This document shows positions 43,530 through 60,050 of a DNA stretch of 64,000 nt, piece by piece. The notes beneath the pieces are model-generated. The model worked only from the letters and a program-made list of their open reading frames with translations, made no database searches and was not told the DNA's origin. The number at the start of each line of letters is the position of its first letter. Position 1 is the stretch's first letter. Source of the DNA: the human T2T-CHM13v2.0 reference genome, Homo sapiens; assembly GCF_009914755.1 (NCBI RefSeq), contig NC_060927.1, one strand, 5' to 3'. Position numbers and translations under genes: made by a program.

Positions 43530-44330
43530 GGCAATGGCAATTTTAAAACATAATCCCCAAATTCTTTGACACTTCTTTTAACGAGCGGTAGAGCCTATGT
43601 CCCTTCCTTTAGAATTTGGGCTCTGTAATTTCTTGACCAAAAGATCACATCAAAAGTGATGTCATGGCCATTTCTGGACTCAAGTCTTAAGAAATCGGCA
43701 ATTTCCATTTTGTTTTTCTTGGGATGCTTCCTTGCGGAACGCAGGCACTATGCCATGGAGAAGCAGCTCCAGAGAGGCCCACGTAGAGGACTCCAGCCTC
43801 CAGCCCTCAGCTTCTGCCAAGCTCCCAGGCAGCAACACCCACAATTTGGCAGCCATTTTGGCCTCCATCTTGCTCCATCCAAGCAAATCATCTTGGAAGT
43901 GGACCTTCCAGCCCCATTTGAACATCCACCCCCATGTAAGATTCCAGAGATAAAGAAATGTTGTTTAAGATCTACATTTTGGTATGGTTTGTTATGCAAC
44001 AAGCAATAATCAGGACAGATTTTGATACCTGGAAGTGGAGTATTGATAATACCATAACACGCAGCACTGGCTTTGGGACTGGGCAGCAGATACAAGCCAG
44101 AAACGCCTCTGGGAGCATGTTAGTAATGGTGTAGGAGGCTGGGAGTGAGGACTTAAAAGTGAGGGAAATGTTATCTGGAGAGAGGAAAGGGGACTCCAGT
44201 TACATAGAAAAGTTTGGCAACACTGTTGCCGTGGCCTTCTGTAATGTGGAAAATAAAAAGTGTACTTCATGAACTCAGTGACCTTTCTAAGAAGATTTCT
44301 GGGCTGAGTTTCCAAAGTGCTGCCTGATTT
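43530..44330 (+). mobile_element. MLT1 LTR plus the start of MLT1 internal sequence
   Basis: ggtttgttatgcaac LTR end followed by gattttgatacctggaagtgg...gcactggctttggg. Confidence 0.65.
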
Positions 44331-44431
44331 TTACTTGGCTAGCTAGTGGCACCTCTTTCTACCACAATGCATGAACCAGTCATGTTGTTAAAGACATTGT
44401 CTCCATGCATGAAATTATAGACACCCTATGC

Positions 44432-44636
44432 CAAGCTTGTCCAACCCACAGCCTATGGACCGCATGCGGCCCAACACAAATTCGTAAACTTTCTTAAAGC
44501 ATTATGAGATTCTTTTTGCAAGTTTTTGTTTGTTTGTTTTGTTTTTTAGTTTATCAGCTATCATTAGTGTTTTATGTGTGGCCCAAGACAGTTCTTCCAG
44601 TGTGGCCCAGGGAAGCCAAAAGATTGGACACCCCTG
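44432..44636 (-). mobile_element. MER30 hAT-Charlie MITE
   Basis: TIRs CAAGCTTGTCCAA / TTGGACACCCCTG; 8-bp TSD CCCTATGC / CCCTAAGC. Confidence 0.88.
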
Positions 44637-45285
44637 CCCTAAGCCTTCTCCAGGTCCCCGAAGAGTTGGCACTGTCACAATGACAATGGCTAACCTTTTG
44701 TCTTCCAGGCTACTCAACCCTTTTGGAGAAGGTGGCAACATCGTTGGCACTGTCATCTTAGACAAAAGAGAGTGGGACTGGCAGAAGATCAGCTATCTCA
44801 AAATTGGAAAGCAGGTCACTAGTTCCTATCCACTGTGATTCGTCTGGCATTCTTCAGTCCTCTGTACTGTGGCTTCTCCTTTCCCCCATGATTTTCATTA
44901 AACATCTACACAAAAATTATTTAATATGTGCAAAATGTATAAATAACTAATCCTGCCCTTCACCATATCCATGATCCTGCATTTTGTGTGTTTCCTTTCT
45001 TTGTTTTCCTCTATGGTTTCACTACATGTGAATCCCTAGTGATAGATTTATTTTTGCTTGTTTCTTAACTAACAGAAATGGGATCACACTGTATGTATTC
45101 TCCCGAAACTTGCTTTATTCTCTCAACATTAAGTTCATAAATTTCACCTATTTGTTTTTTGTCTTAATCTTTGTAACCAGTCTGTAAAACCAAATGACTA
45201 TCCTCTCTGTTCTGGCACAATGTGCTGTGCATATCAGGTGACCAGTAAACACTGTAGGATGATGCTGGGCAGGATATGTCCACAG

Positions 45286-45701
45286 TGTTGGGAGAAAAGC
45301 TGAGTGTTGGGAGACAACCTGAGGCAGGGCTTGGAACATGTCAGGGGTCCAGGGTCTAAAACCCCTCGTGGCCTTTGGAATGGGTCTAGACTTGCGGGCT
45401 CCTTGCTTTTAGCACTCCCATTATCTCAAGTAGCCATATGTTTCAAAGAAAATGCTAAACTCTCACAGCTATAGCTCATTCGCTTGATACGCCACTTCCT
45501 TCCAACCCCCACATCCTCACCACCTGTTTCTTTGTTTTATCACCAATAAATAGCGTGGGCTCCCAGAGCTCAGGGCCTTTGCAGCCTCCATACTAGCGTT
45601 GGCCCCCTGGTCCCACTTTCTCTCTTGTCTTTTCTCATTCCTTTGACTCTGCTGGACTTCGTAGCACCCACAGCTTAGTGTTGGGTCTGATCACCCCAAC
45701 A
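45286..45701 (+). mobile_element. ERVK-class solo LTR (probably LTR3 family)
   Basis: TGTTGGGAGAAAAGCTGAG...GATCACCCCAACA, AATAAA 45545, TSD CACAG; poly-A-signal region resembles the HML-6 LTRs. Confidence 0.72.
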
Positions 45702-45841
45702 CACAGAATAGGTGGGTAGCTCACGTTCATGCAAATGTAGTTGTAATATTCAGGAATAAGAGTTTCCAGAGAAGGTACAAAACTTTTACGTGACCCCCAA
45801 AAAATTTAAAAAAAAGAAAAAAAAACAAAAAACTTTTAGGT

Positions 45842-45996
<155 letters not shown>

Positions 45997-46069
45997 TTAG
46001 GCAACTGCTAAAAATGAATCATTTAGTGTAAAGGGACCTTTACAAAATCATTTAAGAGCAGGGACCTCT

Positions 46070-47629
<1,560 letters not shown>

Positions 47630-47963
47630 TAAATATTTGCAGTGTATGTGTACTACCCAAGGACATGACTTCATTATTCAATTTGACAAATGCGTTCTGT
47701 TACACAAATACAGAAAGGATTAATAAAGCTTTACTAGTCCATCTTTCCCATTATCCCTGCATGTATCCTTGCATTAGTGCAAATAATTGAGAACAAACCA
47801 TTGGTGAGGGGATGGAAAGACTGCTCTGACTCACCAGCTCCCTTTAAGTATTTCCTTAAGTAAATATCATAAGTAACACAAATAAATATTTCATACAATG
47901 TAGAGAAAAAAGCAAAAATAACAGTTCTCTGAGCATCAAACTAATAGGCTTAGTATTACTATC

Positions 47964-48241
47964 ATTTTTTTGAAACGGAGTGTCGCTCTTGTCGCCCAGG
48001 CAAGATCTCGGCTCACTGCAACCTCCGCCTCCCAGGTTCAAGAGATTCTCCTGTCTCAGCCTCCTGAGTAGCTGGGATTACAGGCATCTGCCACCATGCC
48101 TGGCTAATTTTTTGTATTTTCAGTAGAGACGGGGTTTTGCCAAGTTGGGCAGACTAGTCTCCATCTCCTGACCTCAGGTGAACTGCCTGCCTCGACCTCC
48201 TGAAGTGCTGGGGTTATAGGCGTGAGCCACGGCACCCGGCC
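47964..48241 (-). mobile_element. AluS
   Basis: Alu reverse complement; flanking repeat taggcttagt. Confidence 0.9.
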
Positions 48242-48309
48242 TAGGCTTAGTTTTTTGTAGGTACTAGAGTATTTGTTTCTTTAGCCAGAATCCACTGATA
48301 TTTTAGTCT

Positions 48310-48545
48310 TCTGGTTCTCAATCTTGGCTTGCTTTTGCAACTACCTCTTGAACTTTAAAAAATTCTGCTCCAGCCTGGGCAACAGAAGGAGACTGTCTCA
48401 AAAAATATATGTCAATAAATAAATATCCTGATGCCTGGATCCCACCATGGGACATTCTGATGTAACTGGCCTGCAATGGTGTCTGGGCATGGGGATTTTT
48501 AAAAGCCCCAGTGACTAATATGCAGCAGAGTTTGAGAACCACTGG
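48310..48545. mobile_element. MER5A-like hAT MITE containing a short Alu 3' fragment (48368-48425)
   Basis: tggttctcaa ... tttgagaaccactg inverted termini. Confidence 0.72.
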
Positions 48546-48794
48546 TTTAAAGGACTTTGTCCTACTCTGACAGCGTCTAGCACAGTGCCTGGCAGAGACT
48601 GATGCTCAGAATGAACAAACTAAGATTCTATTTGTCAAGAAGGAGGAGAGCATTGTGTTACTCACAAATGCAAACAAACCACAAGCAAGGGATAAGTCAG
48701 GCCCTGGGCAAAGACAATGGTAAAGCAATTCCTGCCAAGTAAGCGTGTGAGGGTGACACCCACTGAATGCAAGCTGTTGTTACCTTTTTCCCTT

Positions 48795-49105
48795 TATTTT
48801 TATGTATTTATTTTTTCTTGAGACAGGGTCTCACTGTCCTTCAGTCTGGAGTGCAGTGGCCCTATCCTGGCTCACTGAAGCCTCGACCTCCTGGGCACAT
48901 GCAATTCTCCCGCCTCAGCCTCCTGAGTAGCTAGGACTATAGGTGCGTGCCACCATGCTTGGCTAATTTTTTAAATTTTTGTACAGAGGGGTGGGGGGTC
49001 CTAATTATGTTGCTCAGGCTGGTCTCGAACTCCTGGGCTCAAGTGATCTTCCTGACTCGGCCTCCAAAAGTGCTGGGATTACAGGTGTGAGCCACTGCAC
49101 CAGGT
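48795..49105 (-). mobile_element. AluJ
   Basis: Alu reverse complement with J diagnostics. Confidence 0.9.
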
Positions 49106-49449
49106 CAAGTTTCTATCTTGACTCTAACTAGAAAAGGTGTCATCCTTGAAATGCAGGTACTGTTCAGCCAAATTCCAAAGTCCTCTGAAGATCCAAGTTC
49201 TCTAAGAAGTTCAGAGGTGCCAGGCTGTGTCTTGTTTGTGCAAATGAAACAGAGGATGACAAGGTCGGGTGGGCATTTCGAGCTCTGCCCCAAGTCTGGT
49301 CGGCTTGAGAGTCAACCTAGGAGCCTCTCTCGGCTCCAAATGGCAATGTGGCAGCCCTTCCCGAGTAGGGAAAAAGGAGCGTGTAGGGGGCACCACGGCA
49401 AGCTGGTTGGGTCTGCTCCACCCATGAGGATGGAGTGCAGCCTCCACCG

Positions 49450-50410
49450 GGAACCAGGGGCGCGAGTCGCTGCTCAGTGGCCTGGGCCTGCATGTGGCGC
49501 GGCGGGAGCTGCTGCCTAGGGCCGCGCAGCGACAGGGGGTGAGGACTACATGTCCCGACGTGCCTCGGGCAGGGCGGGGCGGTGCCGGAGCCGGGCCGGG
49601 AGGCCGGCCGGGGCCAGGCGTGCGCAGTGGTTCTTGGGAGTGGCGAAGCGGGTCCTGCCCCGCTGTCAGCTGCGGCCCCCGGCGCCGGGCGGGGGTGGCC
49701 GCGACCATTGGCGGAGAGGCGAAAGGGGCGGGGCCGCCGCCAGCCGCTGCGGGCAAGGCTGAACAGGCGGAGGTGGGCAGCCGGCCAGGGAAGCACGGTC
49801 CAGGCGGCTACATTCGGCCCGGCCATGGCAGCGGCGCCCCTGAAAGTGTGCATCGTGGGCTCGGGGAACTGGTGAGCGGCGGCGGGCTGGAGGCCGGGGC
49901 TCCGCTTCCAGGAAGCGCCTCTCCCGGGCGGTGAGGGCTGCGCGCCCCATGCTGCGGCGTGGGCACCGGGCACTGCGCGCAGGGAGGCGGGGTGGGCGAC
50001 CTCGTTGCTGGGCTGGGCACCGTGCGCCCGAGGAGGCCGCACCGGGGCACTCGCTCGGGAGGCGCTGGGCTCGCGTGCGTGCGGGGGACAGCGCGGAGAG
50101 AGGGCACCCCGAGCACGCGGGCACCTGTCTGCGCCCCCGTTACTGAGCGCACAGAAGCCACCTGCTTGCCACGCCTGGGTGTTTTGCACAATATCCTAAG
50201 GGCGTATTCCGTTCTCCACGGCGGATCTCCTGGGTCAAGGACTTGGTGGAGGCTCGAGCATTCTTACTGCAGTTTCGGTGTTGAGGAAACCGAGGCGGAG
50301 AGGGCTAAAGGGCTCTTGCTGCCCAGGTCACGGGCGGGGCATGCTCTGCCCTTCAAGGTGCCCGTCTCGCCCCCGCTTCTGATAGGTCCACTATCTTAGG
50401 CGCGTCGTAT
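49450..50410. promoter_or_regulatory. GPD1L: CpG-island promoter of GPD1L
   Basis: Abrupt GC- and CpG-rich block; GC boxes GGGCGGGG ~49572 and ~49726, NRF1-like GGCGTGCGCA ~49617, inverted CCAAT ~49708. Confidence 0.9.
49825..49871 (+). CDS. GPD1L: Glycerol-3-phosphate dehydrogenase 1-like, coding exon 1 (47 nt, phase-2 donor)
   Basis: Kozak GCCATGG; MAAAPLKVCIVGSGNW with the NAD-binding GxGxxG start; donor TG|GTGAGC. Confidence 0.96.
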
Positions 50411-51040
50411 CAGGAAGAAAATCCAAGTTTCAACAGGCCGCTCTCCCTGAGGCGTTGAGAATTCTCCCTTGCCGAGATGTTTGCGAAGCTTTGCGTCTCT
50501 TTGGGGCCTTATTTGACTTTAACATTTTATAGAGCACATTAGAAATGTCAGTTCTTCTAGTACCCTTAATCAAACGTACACTGTGGGATTCTCTGGTGTG
50601 TTTGGGTGAATGTAGAGGTGGGGGTGTGAAGGGGGAAGGAAGCAAAGTGTAGCATCTGGTGTTTCCAAGCCTTTTTTCATTGCTGTACACTCTGCCACAT
50701 TGGAGGGACTGGTGTACAATAGTTAAGAGTGATGATGTCCTTTCAGTGCTTCTGTTTACCGGTTTTTCTGTGGCGTGACAGGCATCAGAAGTGCTGCAGC
50801 AGCTGGTCCTAGGTAGTTGGTCTTAGTTTTACTCTTTCAAGACTTGGCCCAGAAAGTACTTATTGAAGGAAACCTTACCTGGTTCTTCACTTTTCCATCC
50901 CAGCAAGGCCAGTGGCCTCTCTCTGTGTCCCTATTGCTGGCCTGCATCATTGCATTATAAGGAGTTATTTGATTATCTGTCTCCCAACTTTTGAGAATGG
51001 CATCTACCCTAGTGCCTGGCATATGCTAAGTCAATACTAA

Positions 51041-51162
51041 GACTCTGTTGCAGTGGTGCGATCTTGGCTCACTGCAACCTCCACCTCCTGGATTCAAGCG
51101 ATTCTTGTGCCTCATCCACTTGAGTAGCTGGGATTACAGGTGTGAGCCACCGCTCCCTGCCT
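51041..51162 (-). mobile_element. Partial Alu
   Basis: Monomer reverse complement. Confidence 0.8.
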
Positions 51163-51228
51163 AAAAACTAATTTTTAAAACCATAATGATATTTGATTGA
51201 ATAATACATTCACATTGTTTAACAACCA

Positions 51229-51662
51229 GGGCTGGGCGCAGTAGCTTATGCCTGTAATCCCAGCACTTTGGGAGGCTGAGGTGGGCCCAGGAGTTTGAGA
51301 CTAGCCTGGGCAACACGGCAAAACCCCGCCTCTACAAAAAATAAAATATTAGTCGGGCATGGTGGCTCACGCTTGTAATCCCAGCACTTTGGGAGGCTGA
51401 GGCAGGGGGATCACGAGGTCAGGAGATTGAGACCACGGTGAAACCCCGTCTCTACTGAAAATACAAAAAATTAGCCAGGTGTGGTGGCAGGCGCCTGTAG
51501 TCCCGGCTACTTGGGATGCTAAGGCAGCAGAATCGCCTGAGCCTGGGAGGCAGAGGTTGCAGTGAGCCAAAATCAGATTGCACCATCGTACTCTAGTCTG
51601 TGTGAAGGGAGTGAAACCCTGTCTCAAAAGAACAAAACAAAACAAAAAATAAAAAACAAAAA
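51229..51662 (+). mobile_element. Compound (trimeric) Alu: old left monomer, AluYd/Yc3-like left monomer, older-type right monomer
   Basis: Two consecutive left monomers, GAGACCACGGTGAAACC in the second. Confidence 0.85.
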
Positions 51663-51958
51663 CCAAAGAGTACCAAAAACAGTGAAACATCACCCATCCA
51701 CATTTATCCCCCCTGAGTACCTCCTGGAGGAAAACCAGTGTTATGAATTACTTCTGTCCTTTCTGGAGGAATTCCATGCAAGTGAATGCTTACATATAGT
51801 CCTTTCGCCCTCCACGCTGCAAATACTAGGGTATTGCATACTTTTCTGTGAGCTGCATTTTTCAACCAACAACAGAATGTTCTACACAATATTTAATAGA
51901 GTTGGTAGCTTGCTGCTGCAAAGCTTAATTTGGACTTTCAGCTTGGCTTTGCCAGTTG

Positions 51959-52261
51959 TTTTTTTTTATTACTATTTTTTTAGACGGAGTCTCCCTCTGT
52001 CGCCCAGGCTGGAGTGCAGTGGCGCGATCTCTGCTCACTGCAAGCTCCGCTTCCTGGGTTCATGCCATTCTCCTGCCTCAGCCTCCTGAGTAGCTGGGAC
52101 TACAGGCATCCGCCACCATGCCTGGCTAATTTTTTGTATTCTTAGTAGAGACGGGGTTTCACCATGTTAGCCAGGATGGTCTCAATCTCCTGACCTCATG
52201 ATCCGCCTGCCTCTTCCTCCCAAAGTGCTGGGATTACAGGCATGAACCACCGTACCCGGCC
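51959..52261 (-). mobile_element. AluY
   Basis: AluY diagnostics; TSD gctttgccagtt. Confidence 0.93.
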
Positions 52262-52989
52262 GGCTTTGCCAGTTTTAATGTCAAGCTCACTTGAGTGCAG
52301 TGTCAGCTCCCCTGTTGGCCATGCCACTTGAAAGGCACCCATTTAGCACATGTTTTTTTAACATTAGTTTTTTAGTCTGTACAATTCCACAGATGACAGC
52401 CCCTTTTCCTAATTTGCAAGATGCAGGACAAGTAGCACAGCTCTGCCATGCTGGAACTGGGCCTGGAGCAAGAGTAGTGAAGTGAGCCTCCTGCCCCCTC
52501 TGCTGGGATTTGGCTGCCTGCCCGTGGCTTCTTCATTCTGGTGTACTTGACTGTTTCCTTGGCCCACTCCAGCCCAGGGAAATGGAGTAGAACTTGGCCA
52601 GTGATACTGAAGCAGAGCAATTGAGAAATGTGCTGATGGTTTGGGCTGGCTGCCTGGCTTCATTAATTATGGGATTAGACGGGAACAATTCTTGGCTTCT
52701 GTGCCACTGCCTTGGGTACAGAGTTACTCCAGTCCTAGAGAGAGGATCACAACCTCCCCAGAGGGATTCAGGAACTCAGAAACTGAAAACAACATGGAGA
52801 AGCCCCAGAGGAGTGTTCAGCTCTAGTCAGTAGACATTTGAGTGTTGCCCGGTGAAGAGACTGTGGTCTGACCAGGGATGCAGACACAGCTGGACACAGT
52901 CCCGGTCCTTAAACAACTTACCTTCAGGTCTGAGATCAGTGAGGACATGGAAGATAAGACCGAAGGAATTGCCAAGTGGAATGGAGTAA

Positions 52990-53330
<341 letters not shown>

Positions 53331-53916
53331 TAAATCGTGTTTCTTAAATTGTGGTCCCAAGACCACTTGTGTCAGAATTACCACTGAAACTAGACTTGCT
53401 TAATCATATCCCCTGAGAATGAGATTTTTTTTTCTGAAGGAACTTTAGCCTTTTGCCAATTTTAATACAGATCACCAAGAGATAGACCTACCCTTCCAGA
53501 TCTGGTTCTTACCTCAGGAATGTCAAGTTGCTTAAGCAATGTTTATACTTGGAACTTTAGGGCAGCTTAGCCTGTTTGTGTAAATAAAGGTGTTTGTCAC
53601 ATTTGAGAACTCTCACATGGAGTGCCTCTCCCAAGTCAATTGTCATCAGTTGCAATACAGTTATCAGAATATTGAATCTAGCTGGCTTGCCAGGGAGCTT
53701 CAGCCAGGAAGGTCCTGGGCAGGAAAGTAGACGTGTTGTATAACATGCCCTTGTCCTGTCCTTTGGTGAAGCTCATTTTCTCTACATAGATCAGAGAGAG
53801 GAGGCTAGAGGAGGGGCCGTCATGCATCCAGCTGAGCCCTGCTGTGTTGCCCACTGCCGCAGGTGCAGGGAGGGACTTCCTAACCTGCATGACTTTTCCT
53901 GACCCTGTAAATTTGA

Positions 53917-54279
<363 letters not shown>

Positions 54280-54429
54280 AAAGTTTCTTTCTTTTAACCA
54301 GCACCTTGGGAAGATCACCCAGACAAAGTGCAAAATAAAGTTCTAGAGTTAAAACCTCAGGGCTGTATTTACAGCCAAACCCTTGTGATAGGAAGCATAT
54401 GTCCAGAAACACATCCTAAATCTCCTTTG

Positions 54430-54660
54430 GAGGCAGGGTAGTGCAGTGGTATAAGAAAGAGCTTGGGAATCTGACTGCCTACGTTTCTGCCTGGGTCTCC
54501 CACTTGGCAGCTCTGAGGCCTTGGGAAAAGCGCTTCTCTCTAAGAATCATGTATTGATACCTGCTGTCTGGGATTATGGTTAGGATTAAATGAAATGATC
54601 TGGGGAGAGTGCATGGTGACTAGCACTCAGTAAATGACAGTTGCTATTAGTATTATTAGT
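54430..54660 (+). mobile_element. MIR
   Basis: gtagtgcagtgg...gattaaatgaaatga...gcactcagtaaatg. Confidence 0.7.
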
Positions 54661-55308
54661 TTCATCATCCTTGATGGACCTGTCATTAAGTCACAAAATG
54701 GACTGGTTTGGGGTTTGGCCAAGGGGTAGAGAGGCAGAGGATAGGAGAGAAGACAGGAGATGAGGAGAGAGGCTGATAGACAGCTGGAGGAGTGTCCTTG
54801 GGAGTTGCCTATCTCTTGCCCTTGTTTTCACATCACCCCACAGCCTGACATTTTCTCTGATACCGAAGGTCAAGGAGAGCTTTGGCCCACTTTGCTCTGA
54901 TGACTGAAGCTGGACCTGTGACTCTGTCTTTTTTTTTTTTTTGGTCTGCTGGAACTGGCTGGGTGCAGCATCCTGGCTGTTCATCCGCCCTGGGCACCCT
55001 TTTGTCTGTGCTACTCAGTTTCTGTTGTGATTCTCACCACACAGAGAGCTCAGAAACAATTTGAGTGACTATAAGTTAGCTCCTTTATGGTCAGAAATAA
55101 TCCTTCCCTGAGGACAGGCGCACGGACACACTTCTGCCTTGGAAGTTGGAGTGAGAGTTGATAGGATGGACTGGAGATGAACTGGGAAGAGACTTAGAGT
55201 TCCCTTGTGGGCTAAGATGAGAAAGTTTGTACGGCTTTTTAAAAAGTAATATTTAATCACCTGTTTCCTTCATCTCCCCCACCTGTTTGGTATACAAATC
55301 ATGAGTGG

Positions 55309-55758
<450 letters not shown>

Positions 55759-56779
55759 ATATATAATATAATAATGACTACTATTCTAGGAATGAGTCGA
55801 GAGCTCCCAGTGTCTTACCTTAACCTTTCATTTCTTAACCTTTACCTCTTGCTTCATTCTTCCATTCTATCTCCTTCTCTTCCTTAAGAGGCATAAATAT
55901 AATAATTTATCATTTTCTGTGTGTCATGTACATGATGTTATTTCGTTTAAACATGTGACAGGCCTGTGGGGTACTATTATTATAACCCTATGTTAGATGA
56001 CATAACTAAGATTTAGAGAAAACTTGCTTAAGTCAACAGTTAGTAGGTGGACTTGAAACCCAGATCCTTTTAACCCCAAAGACCATGTTTCCATAAATTC
56101 TTACCATTTTCAGTGTGAAGCATACTTTCACATGAGGATAAATATCATTTTCATAAAAATGTTGAGTATCCTCCCAACAAAATCCAATTTTATATTCTCC
56201 TTCTGAGAAATAAAATGGAAGCAAGGCCTTAAAAATCATCTCATTCAGTTTCCCACCAATGTAGTCATCCCTTCTCCTATAGATATGACAGATGATTATA
56301 GTTTACTATTTTCAAGGCAATTGATCTTAAAATTAATTAGAGGATTAATTGTTGAAAAAATCTTATCTTTTTTTTTCTTTGTATGTGAAGAAAAATCTTA
56401 GGAAAATCTAAGCTAAAAATCTATCACCTCTAACTTTTACCTGTTAATCCCAGAGCAACACTTAGGTGAGCCTACTCTTCTCTAAGTCATGTCCCTTTGG
56501 ACAGAAAAGTCACATATCTCCTAAATCTTGTCTCTGGCAGGCCAAGTAGCATCCCCAAGTCTCTCAGTGGTTGCAGGTGGACAGTAGTTTCTGGGATCCT
56601 CACCATCTGTGTCACCATTCTCCTTTCCCTTTCCTCCTCCCCAACTGGGTGATGTCAGGAACTAAGCTCACTGTGCCAGAAGTGTCCTGGGCTCCCATAA
56701 GGTTATACTGGTGACACTTTGTAGTTATTCTGCTTTGAGGCTCAGTCTCTTCCACAATTGGAAGAGGAGAACTGAATCA

Positions 56780-57450
<671 letters not shown>

Positions 57451-57747
57451 GCACTTTTCAAGCTGTAGCACGAATTGGGCCAGATGCTTTTCTAGTCCAT
57501 GTGTTCAGAAGAGTCATAGTTTCCTAAATCTGTGGCTTTAAATTTTTTGACTTGCAACTAGCTGACATACAATTTTATATTATGATGGAGGATACTTCAT
57601 ATCCAACCAGAAACAAATGTTTCACAGTAACAAATGTTACTATGGGTGATTAACTGTGATCTCTTCTCCTTATATTTATTTTGTGCCTGCATAACCTTCA
57701 GTTTGAGAAACACTGTCCTAGATAGTAAAACAGTTTCTCATTCTTAT

Positions 57748-58567
57748 TGTTTCCGGACTTGGTTCCTTCCGGTGGGTTCTTGGTCTCGCTGACTTCGAGA
57801 ATGAAGCCGCGGACCCTCACGGTGAGTGTTACAGTTCTTAAAGATGGTGTGTTCAGAGTTTGTTCCTTCAGATGTTCAGATGTGTTCGGAGTTTCTTCCT
57901 TCCAGTGGGTTCGTGGTCTCGCTGACTTCAGGAGTGAAGCCACAGACCTTCCCAGTGAGTGTTACAGCTCTTAAAGGTGGCGCGTTCAGAGTTGTTTGTT
58001 CCTCCAGGTGGGTTTGTGGTCTCGCTTACTTCAGGAGTGAAGCCGCAGACCTCTGTAGTGAGTGTTACAGCTCATAAAGGTAGTACAGACCCAAAGAGTG
58101 AGCAGCAGCAAGATTTATTGTGAAGAGCGAAAGAACAAAGCATCCACGGAGTAGAAGGAGACCTGAGCCGGTTGCCACCACTGGCTGGGGTGGCCAGCTT
58201 CTATTCCTTTATTTGGCCCTGCCCACAACCTGCTGATTGGTCCGTTTTACAGAGTGCTGATTGGTCCATTTTACAGAGTGCTGATTGATGCATTTTATAG
58301 AGTGCTGATTGGTGCATTTACAATCCTTTAGCTAGACACAGAGTGCTGATTGGTGCATTTACAATCCTTTAGCTAGACACAGAGTGCTGACTGGTGTGTT
58401 TTTCCAGAGTACTGATTGGTGCATTTATAATCCTTTAGCTAGACACAGAGTGCTGATTGGTGCATTTTTACAGAGTGCTGATTGGTGCGTTTACAATACT
58501 TTAGCTAGGCAGAAAAGTTCTCCAAGTCCCCACTGGACCCAAGAAGTCCAGCTGGCTTCACCTCTCA
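57748..58567 (-). mobile_element. LTR12 (ERV9) solo LTR, antisense in GPD1L intron 1
   Basis: Reverse complement TGAGAGGTGAAGCCAGCTGG...GGAAACA, tandem CCAAT enhancer repeats, U5 repeats, perfect TSD TTAT. Confidence 0.95.
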
Positions 58568-58849
58568 TTATCATTACAGCCAGAGTCACATGTATGTCCT
58601 AAGAAAACTATATCCTCATCATTTGGATTTTCTCTACCCGGTTTTTCCAGTGCTGAAGAAAGGAAGTGGTTTGCATGGGTTATAGGCAAAAAAAGAACCA
58701 AAGAATTTGTGTTTCTCCAGTCCTGGAGGAGGAGGAGAACTCTAACCTAATAGCCCTAACACTGGCCATCTGGACAGAAATATCCCCAAGCTGAAATTAG
58801 TAATTCATGTAGCTACCTCAGCTTGATGGAAATGTCTTCAAGCATCTAA

Positions 58850-59174
<325 letters not shown>

Positions 59175-59899
59175 AGGTTGAACTTTTTAAGTTGGGTTTC
59201 TTGAGTGGATCCACCCAGTGAGAGGAAGTGCCTTTTGTAGACTGTACTCCATGGTTCTCCATTGTGTGGGTCGTCTGTTGAAATTCTGCATGTGCAAACA
59301 CTTTGACAACTGTAATATGTTATATAAATGTTAGAAATGATTATGGATAAATTTGCATTATCACATATAATTAAGTGACCATGCATTCACATTTGTCTTC
59401 AACTGTGGTTTATACTTGTCCCAGTCTAATTTCAGAGCATTCTCAAAAGGATCTTGTTTTAAACAACAAATCTTATGGTAACCTGCTTAAAAGGAACTCT
59501 TGTGAGTTTGAGTAACATGATTCTGATCCTCACAACCAGGACCAGCAATGATGGCAGATAAATTTCATCTCAGGCACTGACTCTAGTTGATTAATGGTGG
59601 CTGCAGAGAGTTTTGTGTTGAGAAGGATTCTGGGGAAGAGAGTAGCTTTGCCAGGAAAGGGTGCTGTGACCTACGATAGCAAGCTGGGGTGGGGATTGGG
59701 GTGGGGACTGACAGCATCTAGCTTGGACTGATTTACTACTACCAATTTTACTACTACTCATATTTAAATTTACTACTACTTGGACTAGTTACTTCTACCA
59801 AAGGAGAACCCATCTGTGAGGCCTTGACTGACACAGCCAGCTCATGCTCAGCTTTGGCCCACAGCTGCACAAATGTTAGATTCAGTAGTAAGGACTATC

Positions 59900-60050
59900 C
59901 CGGTTAACCCCTTAAGCACTTTATGTGTTATCTGAGTTAATCCTCACAGTATGAGGTACTGTATTGTCATCATCCTTATTTTATAATAAGTCTGAGCTTA
60001 CAGAAGTTATGTAATGTGTTCTAAGTTACACAGATACTATGCAGTAGAGT
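59900..60050 (-). mobile_element. MIR
   Basis: taagcacttta...taatcctcaca...atccttatttta...aagttacacag. Confidence 0.65.

Noticed and set aside
44664-44756. 13-bp direct repeat gttggcactgtca
   Set aside because: Too short and isolated to interpret
49118-50399. Many overlapping long ORFs (up to 290 aa) on both strands
   Set aside because: Expected from stop-codon scarcity in a CpG island; low-complexity Pro/Ala/Arg/Gly. Only the 47-nt GPD1L exon is supported.
58230-58510. Regularly spaced repeats resembling a CRISPR array
   Set aside because: Standard LTR12 U3 enhancer repeats with no unique spacers; eukaryotic DNA with no cas genes
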